Positions 18,606-29,566 of a DNA stretch of 64,000 bases are shown piece after piece. Within the stretch, counting starts at the first letter, position 1. Every line of letters starts with the position of its first letter. Origin of the DNA: an uncultured Actinomycetota bacterium (lineage in GTDB: Bacteria > Actinomycetota > Actinomycetes > JACCUZ01); the NCBI GenBank assembly GCA_963705885.1, contig OY970120.1, positions 1,040,187 to 1,104,186 of the forward strand, given 5' to 3'. The notes below the pieces were generated by a model. The model did no database searches, was not told where the DNA came from, and was given only the letters and a program-made list of their open reading frames with translations. Made by a program: the position numbers and the translations under genes.

Positions 18606-18630
18606 CCTACGAACGGTCTCCGATCATGGA
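18581..18630. repeat. Right REP-like palindromic repeat
   Basis: TCGGAGACGG...CGGTCTCCGATCATGGA, partner of 17604-17653. Confidence 0.85.
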
Positions 18631-18652
18631 CATCCCGCGGCGGTTCGGGGGG

Positions 18653-18835
18653 TCAGCGGCGGTTCTCTGCCGTCCAGTCGTCGTACTCGTCCCGGTCGGC
18701 CTCGGTCATCTCGGACCGGTCGACGGAACCAGATGCGAGCTCGCGCTGCAGGGCCTCGAAGTCCGTTCCCTGCGAGCTGTACTTGAGCTCACGGGCGACT
18801 TTGGTCTGCTTTGCCTTGGCTCGGCCGCGCCCCAT
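18653..18835 (-). CDS. DUF3073 family small protein
   Basis: MGRGRAKAKQTKVARELKY signature; usual position next to purM in Actinobacteria. Confidence 0.93.
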   Translation of the reverse strand: MGRGRAKAKQTKVARELKYSSQGTDFEALQRELASGSVDRSEMTEADRDEYDDWTAENRR

Positions 18836-18991
18836 GGCTCGACCCCCTCATACGTGAACGGGGCGGCCAGCGCGTGGCGGCCCCGGATCTCGAGTGTTGT
18901 CCGTGGGTGCAACGGTACATGCCCCGCGACTGTTCCGCCCATCCCGTATCCGGCCCCCTGGCGCAGTCGGAGATCCCGGCGGGCGGCCGAG

Positions 18992-20104
18992 TCAGCCTCG
19001 CGCGGGCCGGGCGGCGTCCATCCGCCGCTCGGCGACCCGGTCGGCCGCGACCGCCGGCGGCACCCGCTCCTCGTCGGCCAGCCGGAGAACCTCGGCCGTG
19101 GTCGTGAAGATCTCCTCGGCCTTGTGCCTCGCCCGCTCGAACGAGAACCCGCGCAGCTCGTCAGCGACCTGGATGACGCCGCCGGAGTTCACGCAGTAGT
19201 CCGGCGCGTAGAGGATGCCGCGCTCGGCGAGCAGGGCCTCGGTGCCGGGGTGGGCGAGCTGGTTGTTGGCGCCGCCGCAGACCACGGAGGCCCGCAGCAC
19301 GGACACCACGTCGTCGGTGAGCGCGTGGCCCAGCGCGCAGGGTGAGAACACGTCGAGGTCGGCGCGGACGAGCGCGTCGGTGTCGTCGACGACCTCGACG
19401 CCCGGGTGCTCCGCCCGCACCGCGTCGACCGCCCGCTCGGACACGTCGCACACCACGACGGCCGCGCCGTCCTCGAGGAGGCGGCCTACCAGGTGCCGCC
19501 CGACCTTGCCCACACCGGAGATGCCGACCGTCCGCCCGGCCAGCGTCGGCACGCCCCACAGGTGCTCGGCGCAGGCCCGCATCCCCTGGAAGACGCCGTA
19601 GGCCGTCAGCACCGACGAGTCACCCGCCCCGCCGGACTCCTCCGAGCGGCCCGTCGCCCACCGCGTCTCGCGGGCCACGACGTCCATGTCGGCGACGTAG
19701 GTCCCCACGTCACACGCCGTGACGTAGCGCCCGCCGAGCGAGTCGATGAACCGGCCGTAGGCCAGCAGCAGGTCCTCGGACTTGTCGGTCGCCGGGTCCC
19801 CGATGATCACCCCCTTGCCGCCGCCGTGGTCCAGCCCGGCGAGCGCGTTCTTGTACGCCATCGCCCGCGAGAGCTCCAGCACGTCCGCCAGCGCCGCCGC
19901 CTCGGAGGGGTAGGGGTGGAAGCGCGTTCCCCCCAGCGCCGGTCCCAGCGCGGTCGAGTAGATGCCGACGATCGCGCGCAGCCCGGTCGCCTCGTCGGCG
20001 CGGAACACGACCTCCTCGTGCGCCTGGCGGCTGCCGGGGTGGGGGCCGAACACGGAGCCGGGGGCGGGGCCGGTCGCGGGGTGAGGCGGCGTCGCGGACA
20101 TCAT
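18992..20104 (-). CDS. vdh: Glu/Leu/Phe/Val dehydrogenase (valine/leucine dehydrogenase)
   Basis: [40 protein letters not shown]. Confidence 0.9.
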   Translation of the reverse strand: MMSATPPHPATGPAPGSVFGPHPGSRQAHEEVVFRADEATGLRAIVGIYSTALGPALGGTRFHPYPSEAAALADVLELSRAMAYKNALAGLDHGGGKGVIIGDPATDKSEDLLLAYGRFIDSLGGRYVTACDVGTYVADMDVVARETRWATGRSEESGGAGDSSVLTAYGVFQGMRACAEHLWGVPTLAGRTVGISGVGKVGRHLVGRLLEDGAAVVVCDVSERAVDAVRAEHPGVEVVDDTDALVRADLDVFSPCALGHALTDDVVSVLRASVVCGGANNQLAHPGTEALLAERGILYAPDYCVNSGGVIQVADELRGFSFERARHKAEEIFTTTAEVLRLADEERVPPAVAADRVAERRMDAARPARG

Positions 20105-20117
20105 CGCGCACCCTACG

Positions 20118-20960
20118 ATGCGGACCGTGCCCTTCCCGAGCCCGTACGTCGCCTACCTGCGCGTGTACGAACCGCTCGCCGCGTTCCCCGAGGAGGACCG
20201 CGCGGGCTGGGCCGCCTATGCCGCGCGCGCGGCCACGTCCGGCGACCGTCTCGTCGCCGAGCACCGCGCCGCCCTGGCCGGCATGGTGAGCGTGCCGCCG
20301 CGGCCCGTCCCGCCGGACGAGCCGGGCGAGGCCTTCGTGCTCGAGGTCGAGGACACCGTGCACGTCTGTCCCGTCCAGGCCAGGCTGCGCGCCTGGGTCG
20401 CGCTCGGGCAGTTCCGCGAGGGGCTGCCCGACACGCTCCTGCACGCCTTCGTGCCGCCGGGGTCGCTGCAGCGCGCGGAGGCCGACCACGCGAGATGGCG
20501 CGACGACGAAGCCCTCTCGACGTTGCGGATCCTCACCGCGACGTGGTCGGTGCCGGTCGTGTGGTTCGTGCCGTTCGGCACGGCCGACCGCGTGGTCGAC
20601 GTCTCGGGCGAGCACCCGACGGTCGTCCACCGCACCCGCATGTCGGGGGCGCGGCGGCGGGTCGCGCGGGCGCTGCGGGCGGCGCGGACCTCCCTCGGCG
20701 AGCTCGTCGACGAGGTCGAGCAGCTCGAGGAGCTCGGCCGGTGGCTCGAGGAGTTCCACGCGCGGTCGTGGGTCGAGCTCGACTACGCCGGCCTCGCCCG
20801 GCTGCTCGGACCGCGCGGCGTGGAGGAGGACGCGTCCGTGACCGAGGTCGCCGGGGCGCTGGCCGCACTGGCGGCGGGGGACCCCGAGGGGGCGGTCGCC
20901 GGCTACCGCGCCGTGGTCGAGCGGTGGGCCGCGGTGGCCGCTCTGGAGCGCGCGAACTAG
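20118..20960 (+). CDS. Conserved actinobacterial hypothetical protein upstream of bldC
   Basis: [11 protein letters not shown] and [18 protein letters not shown] motifs; position between vdh and bldC. Confidence 0.8.
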   Translation: MRTVPFPSPYVAYLRVYEPLAAFPEEDRAGWAAYAARAATSGDRLVAEHRAALAGMVSVPPRPVPPDEPGEAFVLEVEDTVHVCPVQARLRAWVALGQFREGLPDTLLHAFVPPGSLQRAEADHARWRDDEALSTLRILTATWSVPVVWFVPFGTADRVVDVSGEHPTVVHRTRMSGARRRVARALRAARTSLGELVDEVEQLEELGRWLEEFHARSWVELDYAGLARLLGPRGVEEDASVTEVAGALAALAAGDPEGAVAGYRAVVERWAAVAALERAN

Positions 20961-21128
20961 CCGTTCCGGACGGCCCCACCCGGCTCCGACGTGCGGTGGC
21001 GGGGCTAGTCATCTCCGCTCAGTCCGAAGATGGCCCGTCTTGACCATTTCGGACATCCCCACCTAACGGGCACTATTACCCCTAGGAACCGGGATTGGTC
21101 GGTTCCTCCAGCGAAAGAGGCCGATCCG

Positions 21129-21335
21129 ATGACGACCCGAACCCCCGACGCCGAGCCGCTCCTGACCCCTGCCGAGGTCGCGACGATGTTCCGGGTCGAC
21201 CCCAAGACCGTCACCCGCTGGGCCAAGGCCGGCAAGCTGACCTCGATCCGCACGCTCGGCGGCCACCGCCGCTACCGCGAGTCCGAGGTCCGTGCCCTGC
21301 TCGCCGGCATCCCGGCGCCGCGCACGGAGGCCTGA
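21129..21335 (+). CDS. bldC: BldC, small MerR-like developmental regulator (68 aa)
   Basis: LLTPAEVATMFRVDPKTVTRWAKAGKLTSIRTLGGHRRYRE matches BldC; AGAGG RBS. Confidence 0.95.
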   Translation: MTTRTPDAEPLLTPAEVATMFRVDPKTVTRWAKAGKLTSIRTLGGHRRYRESEVRALLAGIPAPRTEA

Positions 21336-21356
21336 GGCCCGCAGCACGCGCATCAC

Positions 21357-21391
21357 CGACGCCGCACCCGGGACTCCCCGGTGCGGCGTCG
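21357..21391 (+). terminator. GC-rich hairpin after bldC
   Basis: CGACGCCGCACC / GGTGCGGCGTCG 12-bp stem. Confidence 0.6.
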
Positions 21392-21523
21392 TCGCGTCCC
21401 GGGCGCCCGCGGTCGCGCCGGTCCGGACGCCCGGCGCTGGCCGCTCCGCAGGTGGCTCGCGCGTGGTTTCCCAGTGGCGGGCCACGGGTGTGCGCGACAG
21501 ACTCGGTCACCTAGGAGCGCGCC

Positions 21524-23671
21524 ATGTCCCGACTTCTCCACCGCCTCGGCGGGTCCGCGGCCCGGCACCCGTGGCGGACGATCGCCATCTGGTTCATCGC
21601 CGTGCTCGCCGTCCTCGGGCTGGCCGGCACGGTCGGCGGACCGCTCAACGACGACTACACCATCCCCGGCACCGACAGCCAGCAGGCCTACGACCTGCTC
21701 CTCGAGCGCTTCCCCGAGGTGGCCGGCGCCGACGCCCGCGTCGTGGTGCACGCCGAGGAGGGTGGCCTGGACCCGGCCGCCCTGGGTGCCGCGGAGCGGC
21801 GGCTGGCGCGGATGGCCTCGGTCGGTGTCGTCTCGCCCGCCGTCCTCGCGCCCAGCGGCGACACGGCGGTCATCTCGGTGCAGTACGACGTGCCGGTCAC
21901 CGAGTTCAGCGGCGACGAGGGCGTCGTGGCGCTCGAGCGGGCAAGCGGAGGGCTCGTCGACGCCGGCTACCAGGTCGCCTACGGCGGCCAGGTCCCCGAG
22001 AACGTGCAGGCGCCGGGCGGCACCGCCGAGCTCGTCGGCATCGGCGCCGCGGTCCTGATCCTGCTGCTCGCGTTCGGCTCGGTCGTCGCCGCCGGGCTGC
22101 CGATCGGCATCGCCCTGGTCGGTCTCGGCGTCGGCTCGGGCGGCATCGCGTTGCTGGCGGCGACGCTGGACGTCTCGACGGTCGCACCCACGCTCGCGTC
22201 GATGATCGGCATCGGGGTCGGGGTGGACTACGCCCTCTTCGTCGTCACCCGCCACCGCGACGCCCTGTCCCGCGGGCTCTCCGTCCCCGACGCCGCCGCC
22301 GAAGCCAACGCCACGGCCGGCATGTCGGTGGTCTTCGCCGGCGGCACGGTGCTGCTGGCGCTGTCCGGCCTGCAGTTCACGGGGGTGCCGAACTTCACCT
22401 CGATGGGCTACGCGACCGGCATCGTCGTGCTCGTCATCGTGGTCGCGGCGGTCACGCTGCTGCCCGCGCTGCTCGGGCTGGCGGGGCTGCGCGTCTACAG
22501 CCGCCGCTCCCGGCGCAGCGGTCACCTGGAGTCGGCCGCGTCGCACTCGGCCGCCGCGGCCCGGCTCGCGCACACCGTCGGCCGCCGCCCGGTGGCCTGG
22601 CTCGTCGGCTCGTCGGTGCTCCTGCTCGCACTGGCCGCGCCCGCCATGGGCCTGAAGATCGGCAACAGCGACGCCGGCAACGAGCCCGAGGACACGACCA
22701 TCCGCCAGGCCTACGACCTGGTGGAGCAGGCCTTCGGGCCGGGGGCGAACGGCCCATTGCTGGTCGCCGTCGACGTCGCGGGTGTGGGCGCCGACGAGGT
22801 CGCCCGGCTGCACGACTCGCTGGCCGCGACCGGCGGCGTCGCTGCCGTGTCGCCGGCCACGTTCTCGGCCGACGGCAGCGCCGCCACGCTGACCGTGACA
22901 CCGACGACGGGGCCGCAGGACGACGCGACGATCGAGCTGATCAGCGGCCTGCGCCAGACCGTCCCCGACGGCGTGCACATCGGGGGCTTCACGGCGACGA
23001 TGGTCGACTTCTCCGACGTCCTCGCCGATCACCTCTGGCTGGTCGTCGCGGTCGTGCTGTCGACGTCGTTCCTGCTCATGGTGCTGGCGTTCCGCTCCAT
23101 CGTCGTGCCCGTCAAGGCGGCGCTGGTCAACCTGCTCTCGGTCGGTGCCGCCTACGGCGTGATCACGGTGCTGTTCCAGACCGAGCGCGGTGCCGACCTG
23201 CTCGGGCTGCCCGGGCCGGTGCCGATCGCGGCGTTCGTCCCCGTGCTGATGTTCGCGATCCTGTTCGGCCTGTCGATGGACTACGAGGTCTTCCTGCTCA
23301 GCCGGGTGCGTGAGGAGTACCTGCGCACCGGGGACAGCCGCGCGAGCGTCGTGGCGGGCCTGTCGTCGACGGCCCGGGTGATCAGCTCGGCGGCGGCGAT
23401 CATGGTCGCGGTGTTCCTCGGCTTCGCCCTCGACCCGGCGGTCGTCATCAAGATGATGGGCATCGGGCTCGCGACGGCGATCGCCGTCGACGCCACCGTC
23501 GTCCGGCTGGTCCTCGTGCCGGCGACGATGGCCCTGCTGGGCGACCTCAACTGGTACCTCCCCCGCTGGCTGGACAGGCTGCTGCCCGACCTCGACCCGC
23601 ACGGCACGCACGCCCTCACCGACGTGCCCGCCCAGCGAGGTCCCGTCGAGGCGCCCACGTCGGCCCGCTGA
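21524..23671 (+). CDS. MMPL (RND superfamily) transporter
   Basis: GIGVGVDYALF, SVVFAGGTV, FGLSMDYEVF, DATVVRLVLVPA; two TM blocks. Confidence 0.93.
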   Translation: MSRLLHRLGGSAARHPWRTIAIWFIAVLAVLGLAGTVGGPLNDDYTIPGTDSQQAYDLLLERFPEVAGADARVVVHAEEGGLDPAALGAAERRLARMASVGVVSPAVLAPSGDTAVISVQYDVPVTEFSGDEGVVALERASGGLVDAGYQVAYGGQVPENVQAPGGTAELVGIGAAVLILLLAFGSVVAAGLPIGIALVGLGVGSGGIALLAATLDVSTVAPTLASMIGIGVGVDYALFVVTRHRDALSRGLSVPDAAAEANATAGMSVVFAGGTVLLALSGLQFTGVPNFTSMGYATGIVVLVIVVAAVTLLPALLGLAGLRVYSRRSRRSGHLESAASHSAAAARLAHTVGRRPVAWLVGSSVLLLALAAPAMGLKIGNSDAGNEPEDTTIRQAYDLVEQAFGPGANGPLLVAVDVAGVGADEVARLHDSLAATGGVAAVSPATFSADGSAATLTVTPTTGPQDDATIELISGLRQTVPDGVHIGGFTATMVDFSDVLADHLWLVVAVVLSTSFLLMVLAFRSIVVPVKAALVNLLSVGAAYGVITVLFQTERGADLLGLPGPVPIAAFVPVLMFAILFGLSMDYEVFLLSRVREEYLRTGDSRASVVAGLSSTARVISSAAAIMVAVFLGFALDPAVVIKMMGIGLATAIAVDATVVRLVLVPATMALLGDLNWYLPRWLDRLLPDLDPHGTHALTDVPAQRGPVEAPTSAR

Positions 23672-23763
23672 CCGGGGCGAGCCCGGACTGACGTCTTCGG
23701 TTCGTCCTGCTAACCTGCAGACGCCCAGAAAGTGGTTAGTACACGACGATCGAGGTGGTCCCC

Positions 23764-24195
23764 ATGCGCCGAGCTGTGACGATCGCCGGTTTGCTCCTGG
23801 CCGTCTCGGTCGCGCTGGTCGGGTGCGGGCGCGACCAGAAGCCGCTGGCCGACGAGCTGTCCCGCTACACGGACCGCGGGGACGGCTGCCAGCAGACGGT
23901 CGCCGCGATCACGTACGCCGACTCGTCGCTGCGGGCAGCCGGCCAGGAGCGTCACGAACGCTGGGACGACGCGACCCGCAGCAAGGTCGCGACGGTCGGC
24001 GGCACAATCGCCCTCGAGGTCCGCGACTTCCCGTCGGAGGCCACCCTGGAGCAGGCCCGCAAGGTCGCCGGGCTGGCCGCCGACGCCGCCGCCGCGGCGA
24101 CGACGGACGAGGAGCGGGTGCGGCTGCTCCGGGAGTACCGCCGCGAGGCCGCGGGGCTCGTCATCCTCTGCGGCCGCGCGGTGCCCGACCTCTGA
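23764..24195 (+). CDS. Putative lipoprotein
   Basis: Signal peptide with lipobox LVGC. Confidence 0.7.
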   Translation: MRRAVTIAGLLLAVSVALVGCGRDQKPLADELSRYTDRGDGCQQTVAAITYADSSLRAAGQERHERWDDATRSKVATVGGTIALEVRDFPSEATLEQARKVAGLAADAAAAATTDEERVRLLREYRREAAGLVILCGRAVPDL

Positions 24196-24198
24196 GGC

Positions 24199-24788
24199 TC
24201 ATCCGGCCCCGGTCGCGCGCTGCCGCTCGGCGAAGCGGCGGGCCTTCGCCCGGTTGCCGCAGATCGACATGATGCACCAGCGCCGCGGCCGGCCGTTGCG
24301 CAGGAACAGCCACCCGCACCCGTCGCCCGGGCACCGGCCGATGTCGCGGCTCATGGCGTCGTCGATGAGCCGGCGCGCCTCGTCGGCCACCGCGTGCAGG
24401 GGGACGTCCAGCGAGTCGGCGCCGCGGGCGATCGACAGCCCACCCTGTGCCGAGCGCTCGACCCGGGCGGTCGTCCCCGCGGCCGCGAGGACGACCGCGA
24501 GCCGGTCGAGCGACTCGGGTGACGGCCGGTCGCGGGTCAGCGCCGCGTAGAGGTCGTCGCGGAACGCTCTCGTACGGTCGACGGCCGCGGCGGCCGCGAC
24601 CGGGTCGTCGGCGGCGGCCCCGAGCAGCTGCCGGGCGTGGCCGGGGCGCACGAGACCGAGCTCACGGGCCCAGACGACGAGGTCGCGGTAGGTCCCGAGG
24701 TACTCGCGGGGGACGGGTCCCCCCATCCGGCCCGCGTGTTGCACAGCTCGAGGGCGGGGTGGCCCGCGACGGCGAGGGGCAGCGTCAC
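24199..24788 (-). CDS. ABATE/CGNR zinc-finger protein, apparent frameshift at a G5 run (24708-24712)
   Basis: N-terminal GHPALELCNT in one frame; EYLGTY...CPGDGCGWLF...RRWCIMSICGNRAKARRF in another. Confidence 0.82.
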
Positions 24789-24837
24789 GCTCCCGACCTG
24801 CCGCGATGCCACCGCACCAGTGTGCCGCGTGCCGGGC

Positions 24838-25764
24838 ATGATGGGAGCGGTGTGGACGACCTGGGTCGCCGTTGCCGCGGGCCTCCTGCTGGTGGCCCTC
24901 GTCCTGCGCGACATCTTCCACACGCTGATCCACCCGGCCGGCCAGGGCACCCTCGCCCGGGTCGTCTTCAGCGGGCTGTGGCGGCTGTCCGGCCGCCTGC
25001 GGGGCTTCGCAGGCCCGGTCGCGCTGGTCGGCCCCCTCGGCGTGGTGCTGGTCATCCTCGTGTGGGCCGTGCTGGTGGTCGTCGGCTGGGCGCTGGTCTA
25101 CTGGCCGTTCCTGCCCGAGGGGTTCTCCTACTCCCTCGGGCTGGCCCCCGAGACCCGCTCGCGCGTTCTCGACGCGGGCTACGTGTCGGTCGTGACGATG
25201 GCGACCCTCGGGTTCGGCGACATCGTGCCCGAGAACCCGTGGCTGCGGGTCGCCGTCCCGCTCGAGGCCCTCGTCGGGTTCGCGCTGCTGACCGCAGCCG
25301 TGTCCTGGGTCCTGCAGGTCTACCCGGCCCTGGCCCGGCGCCGTGTCCTCGCGCTGCGCCTGGAGAGCCTCTGCCGCGCCGACCCCACCGGCGACTGGGT
25401 CCACCATGACTCCTCCGCGCCCGCCGGGGTGCTGCACACGTTGGCCGGCGAGGTCTCCGCGGTCCGGGTCGACCTGACGCAGTACGCCGAGACCTACTAC
25501 TTCCGGGACCCCGGCGACGTCGCGTCGCTGCCCGCGTCCCTGAGCATCGCGCGCGACCTCGTCGACCGCGCCGCCGCAGCGCCGCGCGCGGACGTCCGCC
25601 ACGCGGGGAGGACCCTCGCCGCCGCGCTGGACGACCTTGCCCAGCGGCTCGACCGCGACCACCTGTCGGTGGGCGGATCGACCTCGGAGGTCCTCGACGC
25701 GTTCGCGCGGGACCACGGCCGGGCGGCGCGCCGGCTGGGGGAGCCGGGTCAGGACCCGGCGTAG
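24838..25764 (+). CDS. Potassium channel family protein (two-TM pore domain)
   Basis: Pore helix/filter YVSVVTMATLGFGDIVP flanked by TM helices. Confidence 0.88.
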   Translation: MMGAVWTTWVAVAAGLLLVALVLRDIFHTLIHPAGQGTLARVVFSGLWRLSGRLRGFAGPVALVGPLGVVLVILVWAVLVVVGWALVYWPFLPEGFSYSLGLAPETRSRVLDAGYVSVVTMATLGFGDIVPENPWLRVAVPLEALVGFALLTAAVSWVLQVYPALARRRVLALRLESLCRADPTGDWVHHDSSAPAGVLHTLAGEVSAVRVDLTQYAETYYFRDPGDVASLPASLSIARDLVDRAAAAPRADVRHAGRTLAAALDDLAQRLDRDHLSVGGSTSEVLDAFARDHGRAARRLGEPGQDPA

Positions 25765-26663
25765 CCCGCCGGGTCGGCGGCGAACGCCCGCAGGCAGCCG
25801 CTGCCGCAGAACCAGAAGCGCGTTCCCTCGTGGTCGAGGTGCAGCGATGCGTCCACCGTCGCGACCGACATCGCGCAGACCGGGTCGATCGCCGTGGTGG
25901 TGGCGGGTTCGGCGGCCGCCGGTGCGGCCTCGGCCACCTCGCGTCCCGACGCGCGGCGCCGCTCGGCCACGATCTCGGCCAGGATCGACAGGGCCACCTC
26001 GGCGGGGGTGCGCGCGCCGATGTCGAGTCCGCACGGCGTGCGGACCCGGGCCCGCCGTTCCTCGTCGACGTCGAGCGAGGACACGACGGCCTCGCCCCGC
26101 TTGCGGCTGGCGACCAGGCCGACGTACGCGACGCCGGCGCCGACAGCAGCCGTGAGCGCCGCCTCCTCGTCCCGTCCGTGCGAGGCGACGACGACGGCCG
26201 CCGCCCCCGCCAGGGCCTCGGGGCCGGTGCCGGCGCCCCCCGCCTGGACCGAGAAGCCGAGCCGGTCCGCGAGCCCGGCCAGGGCCTCGGCGATCGGGGT
26301 CGACCCGTGGACCAGCAGCAGCGGTGCGGGCAGCTCGGGCTCGAGGAAGATCTCCAGGGTCCCGCCGGACAGGCACGGGTTGTGCACGGTCAGCATCCCG
26401 TCCTGGTCCGGCTCCGGCTCGGGGGTGATGCGCAGCAGCAGCGGCTCGCCGGAGTCCAGCAGCGCCAGGCCCTGCGCGCGCACCGTCGACTCGGCGCAGG
26501 TCCCGCCGACGAAGCCCTCGATGGTGCCGTCGCCGAACACGAGGGCCTGGTCACCGGGCTTGGCCGACGTGGGCCGCTCGGCGCGGACCACGCGGGCCAG
26601 GACGAACGGCACCCGCTCGGCGCGCAGCGCCGCCGCCCTCGCCTCGATGGTCGGTCGGCTCAC
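25749..26663 (-). CDS. XdhC/CoxI-family molybdoenzyme maturation factor with C-terminal YHS domain
   Basis: GFVGGTCAE, HNPCLSGG, YVGLVASRKR, GLDIGARTPAEVALSILAEI; C-terminal IDPVCAMSV...WFCGSGC. Confidence 0.88.
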   Translation of the reverse strand: MSRPTIEARAAALRAERVPFVLARVVRAERPTSAKPGDQALVFGDGTIEGFVGGTCAESTVRAQGLALLDSGEPLLLRITPEPEPDQDGMLTVHNPCLSGGTLEIFLEPELPAPLLLVHGSTPIAEALAGLADRLGFSVQAGGAGTGPEALAGAAAVVVASHGRDEEAALTAAVGAGVAYVGLVASRKRGEAVVSSLDVDEERRARVRTPCGLDIGARTPAEVALSILAEIVAERRRASGREVAEAAPAAAEPATTTAIDPVCAMSVATVDASLHLDHEGTRFWFCGSGCLRAFAADPAGYAGS

Positions 26664-29059
26664 GTGATCGCGAGGTCGGTGCGCAACGGGCGACCCTGCA
26701 TCGTGCGCCAGACCTGGGCCGGGGTCAGCGGCATGTCGGCGTGCACGACCCCGTAGGGCTGCAGCGCGTCGATGACTGCGTTCACGACGGCCGGCGGCGA
26801 CCCGACGGTCGCGGACTCGCCGACGCCCTTCGCGCCGAGCGGGTGGTGCGGGGAGGGCGTCACGGTCTCGCCGAGCTCCCAGCTCGGGCACTCGAGCGAG
26901 GTGGGCAGCAGGTAGTCCATGAACGAGCCCGAGACGCAGTTGCCGTCCTCGTCGAACGCGAGCCCCTGCATGAGCGCCATGCCGATGCCGTCAGCGAGGC
27001 CGCCGTGCACCTGCCCCTCGACGATCATCGGGTTGATACGCGGGCCGCAGTCGTCGACCGCGACGAAGCGCCGGACCTTCACCTGACCGGTCCCCGGGTC
27101 GACGTCGACGACGCACACGTAGGCCCCGAAGGGGTAGGTCAGGTTCGGCGGGTCGTAGACCACGGACGCGTCGAGGTGCCCCTCGACGCCCTCGGGCAGC
27201 TCGAGGGTGCCGTGCGCGAGCATCGCGATCTCCTGGATCGTCCTGCCCTGCCCCGGGTCGCCCTTGACCTGCCAGCGGCCGAGGGTCCACTCGAGGTCCC
27301 CCGGGTCGATCTCGAGCGCCGCTGCCGCGACGACCTTGGCCTTCTCGCGCACGCGCTGCGCGACGATCGCCGCGGCGGCGCCGGACACCGGCGTGGAGCG
27401 CGAGCCGTAGGTCCCCAGCCCGAACGGCGTGTTGTCGGTGTCGCCGTGGATGACCTCGATGTCCTCGGGCGGGATGCCCAGCTCGTGGGCGACGATCTGG
27501 GCGAACGTCGTCTCGTGGCCCTGCCCCTGCGTCTGCACCGACAGCCGGACCTGGGCCTTGCCGGTCGGGTGCACGCGCAGCTCGCAGCCGTCGGCCATGC
27601 CGAGCCCGAGGATGTCCATCTGCTTGCGCGGCCCCGCGCCGACCCCCTCGGTGAAGAAGCTCAGACCGATGCCCATCAGCTCGCCGCGCTCGCGCCGCTC
27701 CGCCTGCTCCTTGCGCAGGTCGTCGTAGCCGGCCATGTCCAGGGCCAGCCGCAGCGCGCGCGGGTAGTCGCCGGAGTCGTACTCCCAGCCGGTCTTCGTG
27801 GTGTACGGGAACTGGTCGGGCTGGATGAGGTTCTTCATCCGCAGCTCGGCCGGGTCGTTGCCGAGCTTCTGGGCGAGGACGTCCACCATGCGCTCGACGA
27901 GGTAGACGGCCTCGGTGACCCGGAACGAGCAGGCGTAGGCGACCCCGCCCGGCGCCTTGTTCGTGTAGACGCCGGTGACCTTGCAGTGCGCGGCCCGCAG
28001 GTCGTAGCTGCCGGTGAAGATGTGGAAGAACCCGGCCGGGAACTTCGTCGGCTGCGCGGTGCCGTTGAAGGCGCCGTGGTCGGCGAGCACGTCCACCCGT
28101 ACGCCGAGGATCGTGCCGTCGTTCGTCGCCGCGATGGACCCGGTCATGTGGTAGTCGCGGGCGAACGCGGTCGACATCAGGTGCTCGCTGCGGTCCTCGA
28201 CCCACTTCACCGGCTTGCCGGTCACGATCGACCCCACGACGGCCAGGACGTAGCCCGGGTAGATGCCGACCTTGCCGCCGAACCCGCCGCCGATGTCCGG
28301 GGAGATGATCTGGATCTTGTGCTCGGGGATGCCGGACACCAGCGAGTAGACGGTGCGGTGCGCGTGCGGTGCCTGGTTGGTCGACCAGACGGTGAGCTTG
28401 CCGGTCACCGGGTCCATGTCGGCGACCGTGCCGCAGGTCTCCATCGGCGCGGGGTGCACGCGCGGGTAGAGCATCTTCTGGGTGACCACGACGTCCGCCG
28501 AGGCGAACACCTCGTCGGTGAGGTCCTTGTCGCCGGCCTCCCAGTCGAAGATGTGGTTGTTCGCCTTGCCCTCGATGTCGTCCCGGATGACCGGGGCCCC
28601 CTCGTCGAGCGCCTTCTGGGCGTCCATGACCGGCGGCAGCGGCTCGTAGTCGACCTCGATGAGGTCCAGCGCGTCGCGCGCGGCGTACTTGTCCTCGGCG
28701 ACGACGAAGGCGACCTCCTGGCCCTGGAAGCGCACCTTGTCGGTGGCGAGCACCGCCTGGACGTCCATCGACAGCGTCGGCATCCACGCGAGGTTCAGCG
28801 TCTCGAGGGTGGCACCGGTGATGACCGCCTTCACCTTCGGCATCGCCTCGGCCTCGGAGGTGTCGATCGACCGGATCCGGGCGTGCGCATAGGTGCTGCG
28901 CAGGATCGCGGCGTGCAGCATGCCGGGGAGCGCCACGTCGTCGAGGTAGCGGCCACGGCCGCGGACGAAACGTACGTCCTCCTTGCGCTGCATCCGGCCG
29001 AAGCCGATCGGGTTGCCGGCCTCGCTGGTGGGGACCGGGTCGGGTGCGACGGTGGTCAT
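26660..29059 (-). CDS. coxL: Aerobic Mo-Cu carbon monoxide dehydrogenase large subunit, form I
   Basis: Active-site AYACSFR (form I AYXCSFR); [22 protein letters not shown]. Confidence 0.95.
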   Translation of the reverse strand: MTTVAPDPVPTSEAGNPIGFGRMQRKEDVRFVRGRGRYLDDVALPGMLHAAILRSTYAHARIRSIDTSEAEAMPKVKAVITGATLETLNLAWMPTLSMDVQAVLATDKVRFQGQEVAFVVAEDKYAARDALDLIEVDYEPLPPVMDAQKALDEGAPVIRDDIEGKANNHIFDWEAGDKDLTDEVFASADVVVTQKMLYPRVHPAPMETCGTVADMDPVTGKLTVWSTNQAPHAHRTVYSLVSGIPEHKIQIISPDIGGGFGGKVGIYPGYVLAVVGSIVTGKPVKWVEDRSEHLMSTAFARDYHMTGSIAATNDGTILGVRVDVLADHGAFNGTAQPTKFPAGFFHIFTGSYDLRAAHCKVTGVYTNKAPGGVAYACSFRVTEAVYLVERMVDVLAQKLGNDPAELRMKNLIQPDQFPYTTKTGWEYDSGDYPRALRLALDMAGYDDLRKEQAERRERGELMGIGLSFFTEGVGAGPRKQMDILGLGMADGCELRVHPTGKAQVRLSVQTQGQGHETTFAQIVAHELGIPPEDIEVIHGDTDNTPFGLGTYGSRSTPVSGAAAAIVAQRVREKAKVVAAAALEIDPGDLEWTLGRWQVKGDPGQGRTIQEIAMLAHGTLELPEGVEGHLDASVVYDPPNLTYPFGAYVCVVDVDPGTGQVKVRRFVAVDDCGPRINPMIVEGQVHGGLADGIGMALMQGLAFDEDGNCVSGSFMDYLLPTSLECPSWELGETVTPSPHHPLGAKGVGESATVGSPPAVVNAVIDALQPYGVVHADMPLTPAQVWRTMQGRPLRTDLAIT

Positions 29060-29565
29060 GCCTTCGCCTCCTGCGCCTCGCCCGCGGCGGGCGCGGCCGC
29101 CGCGCCGTTGCCGTGCTCGGCGGCCCAGCGCACCGAGCGCACGATGTTCTCGTAGCCGGTGCACCGGCAGAGCTGCCCGGAGATGGCCTCGCGGATGGTC
29201 GCCTCGTCGGGGTCCGGGTCGTGGTCGAGCAGCCAGCGGGCGGTCATCATCATGCCCGAGGTGCAGAACCCGCACTGCAGGCCGTGCTCGGCGATGAAGC
29301 CCTGCTGCACGGGGTCCAGGTCGGGGCCGGCCGCGAGGTCCTCGACGGTGCGCACGCGACGGCCGTCGGCCATCGCCGCGAGCATCGTGCAGCTCTTCAG
29401 CGGCTTGTCGTCGACCCAGAGCACGCAGGTGCCGCACTGCGACGTGTCGCACCCCCAGTGCGTGCCGGTCAGGCCGAGGTGGTCGCGCACGAAGTGCACG
29501 AGCAGCAGCCGCGGCTCGATCTCGGCGGTCACCTCGGCGCCGTTGACGGTCATCGTCACCTGCAT
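29056..29565 (-). CDS. coxS: CO dehydrogenase small (2Fe-2S) subunit
   Basis: [22 protein letters not shown]. Confidence 0.95.
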   Translation of the reverse strand: MQVTMTVNGAEVTAEIEPRLLLVHFVRDHLGLTGTHWGCDTSQCGTCVLWVDDKPLKSCTMLAAMADGRRVRTVEDLAAGPDLDPVQQGFIAEHGLQCGFCTSGMMMTARWLLDHDPDPDEATIREAISGQLCRCTGYENIVRSVRWAAEHGNGAAAAPAAGEAQEAKA

Positions 29566-29566
29566 G

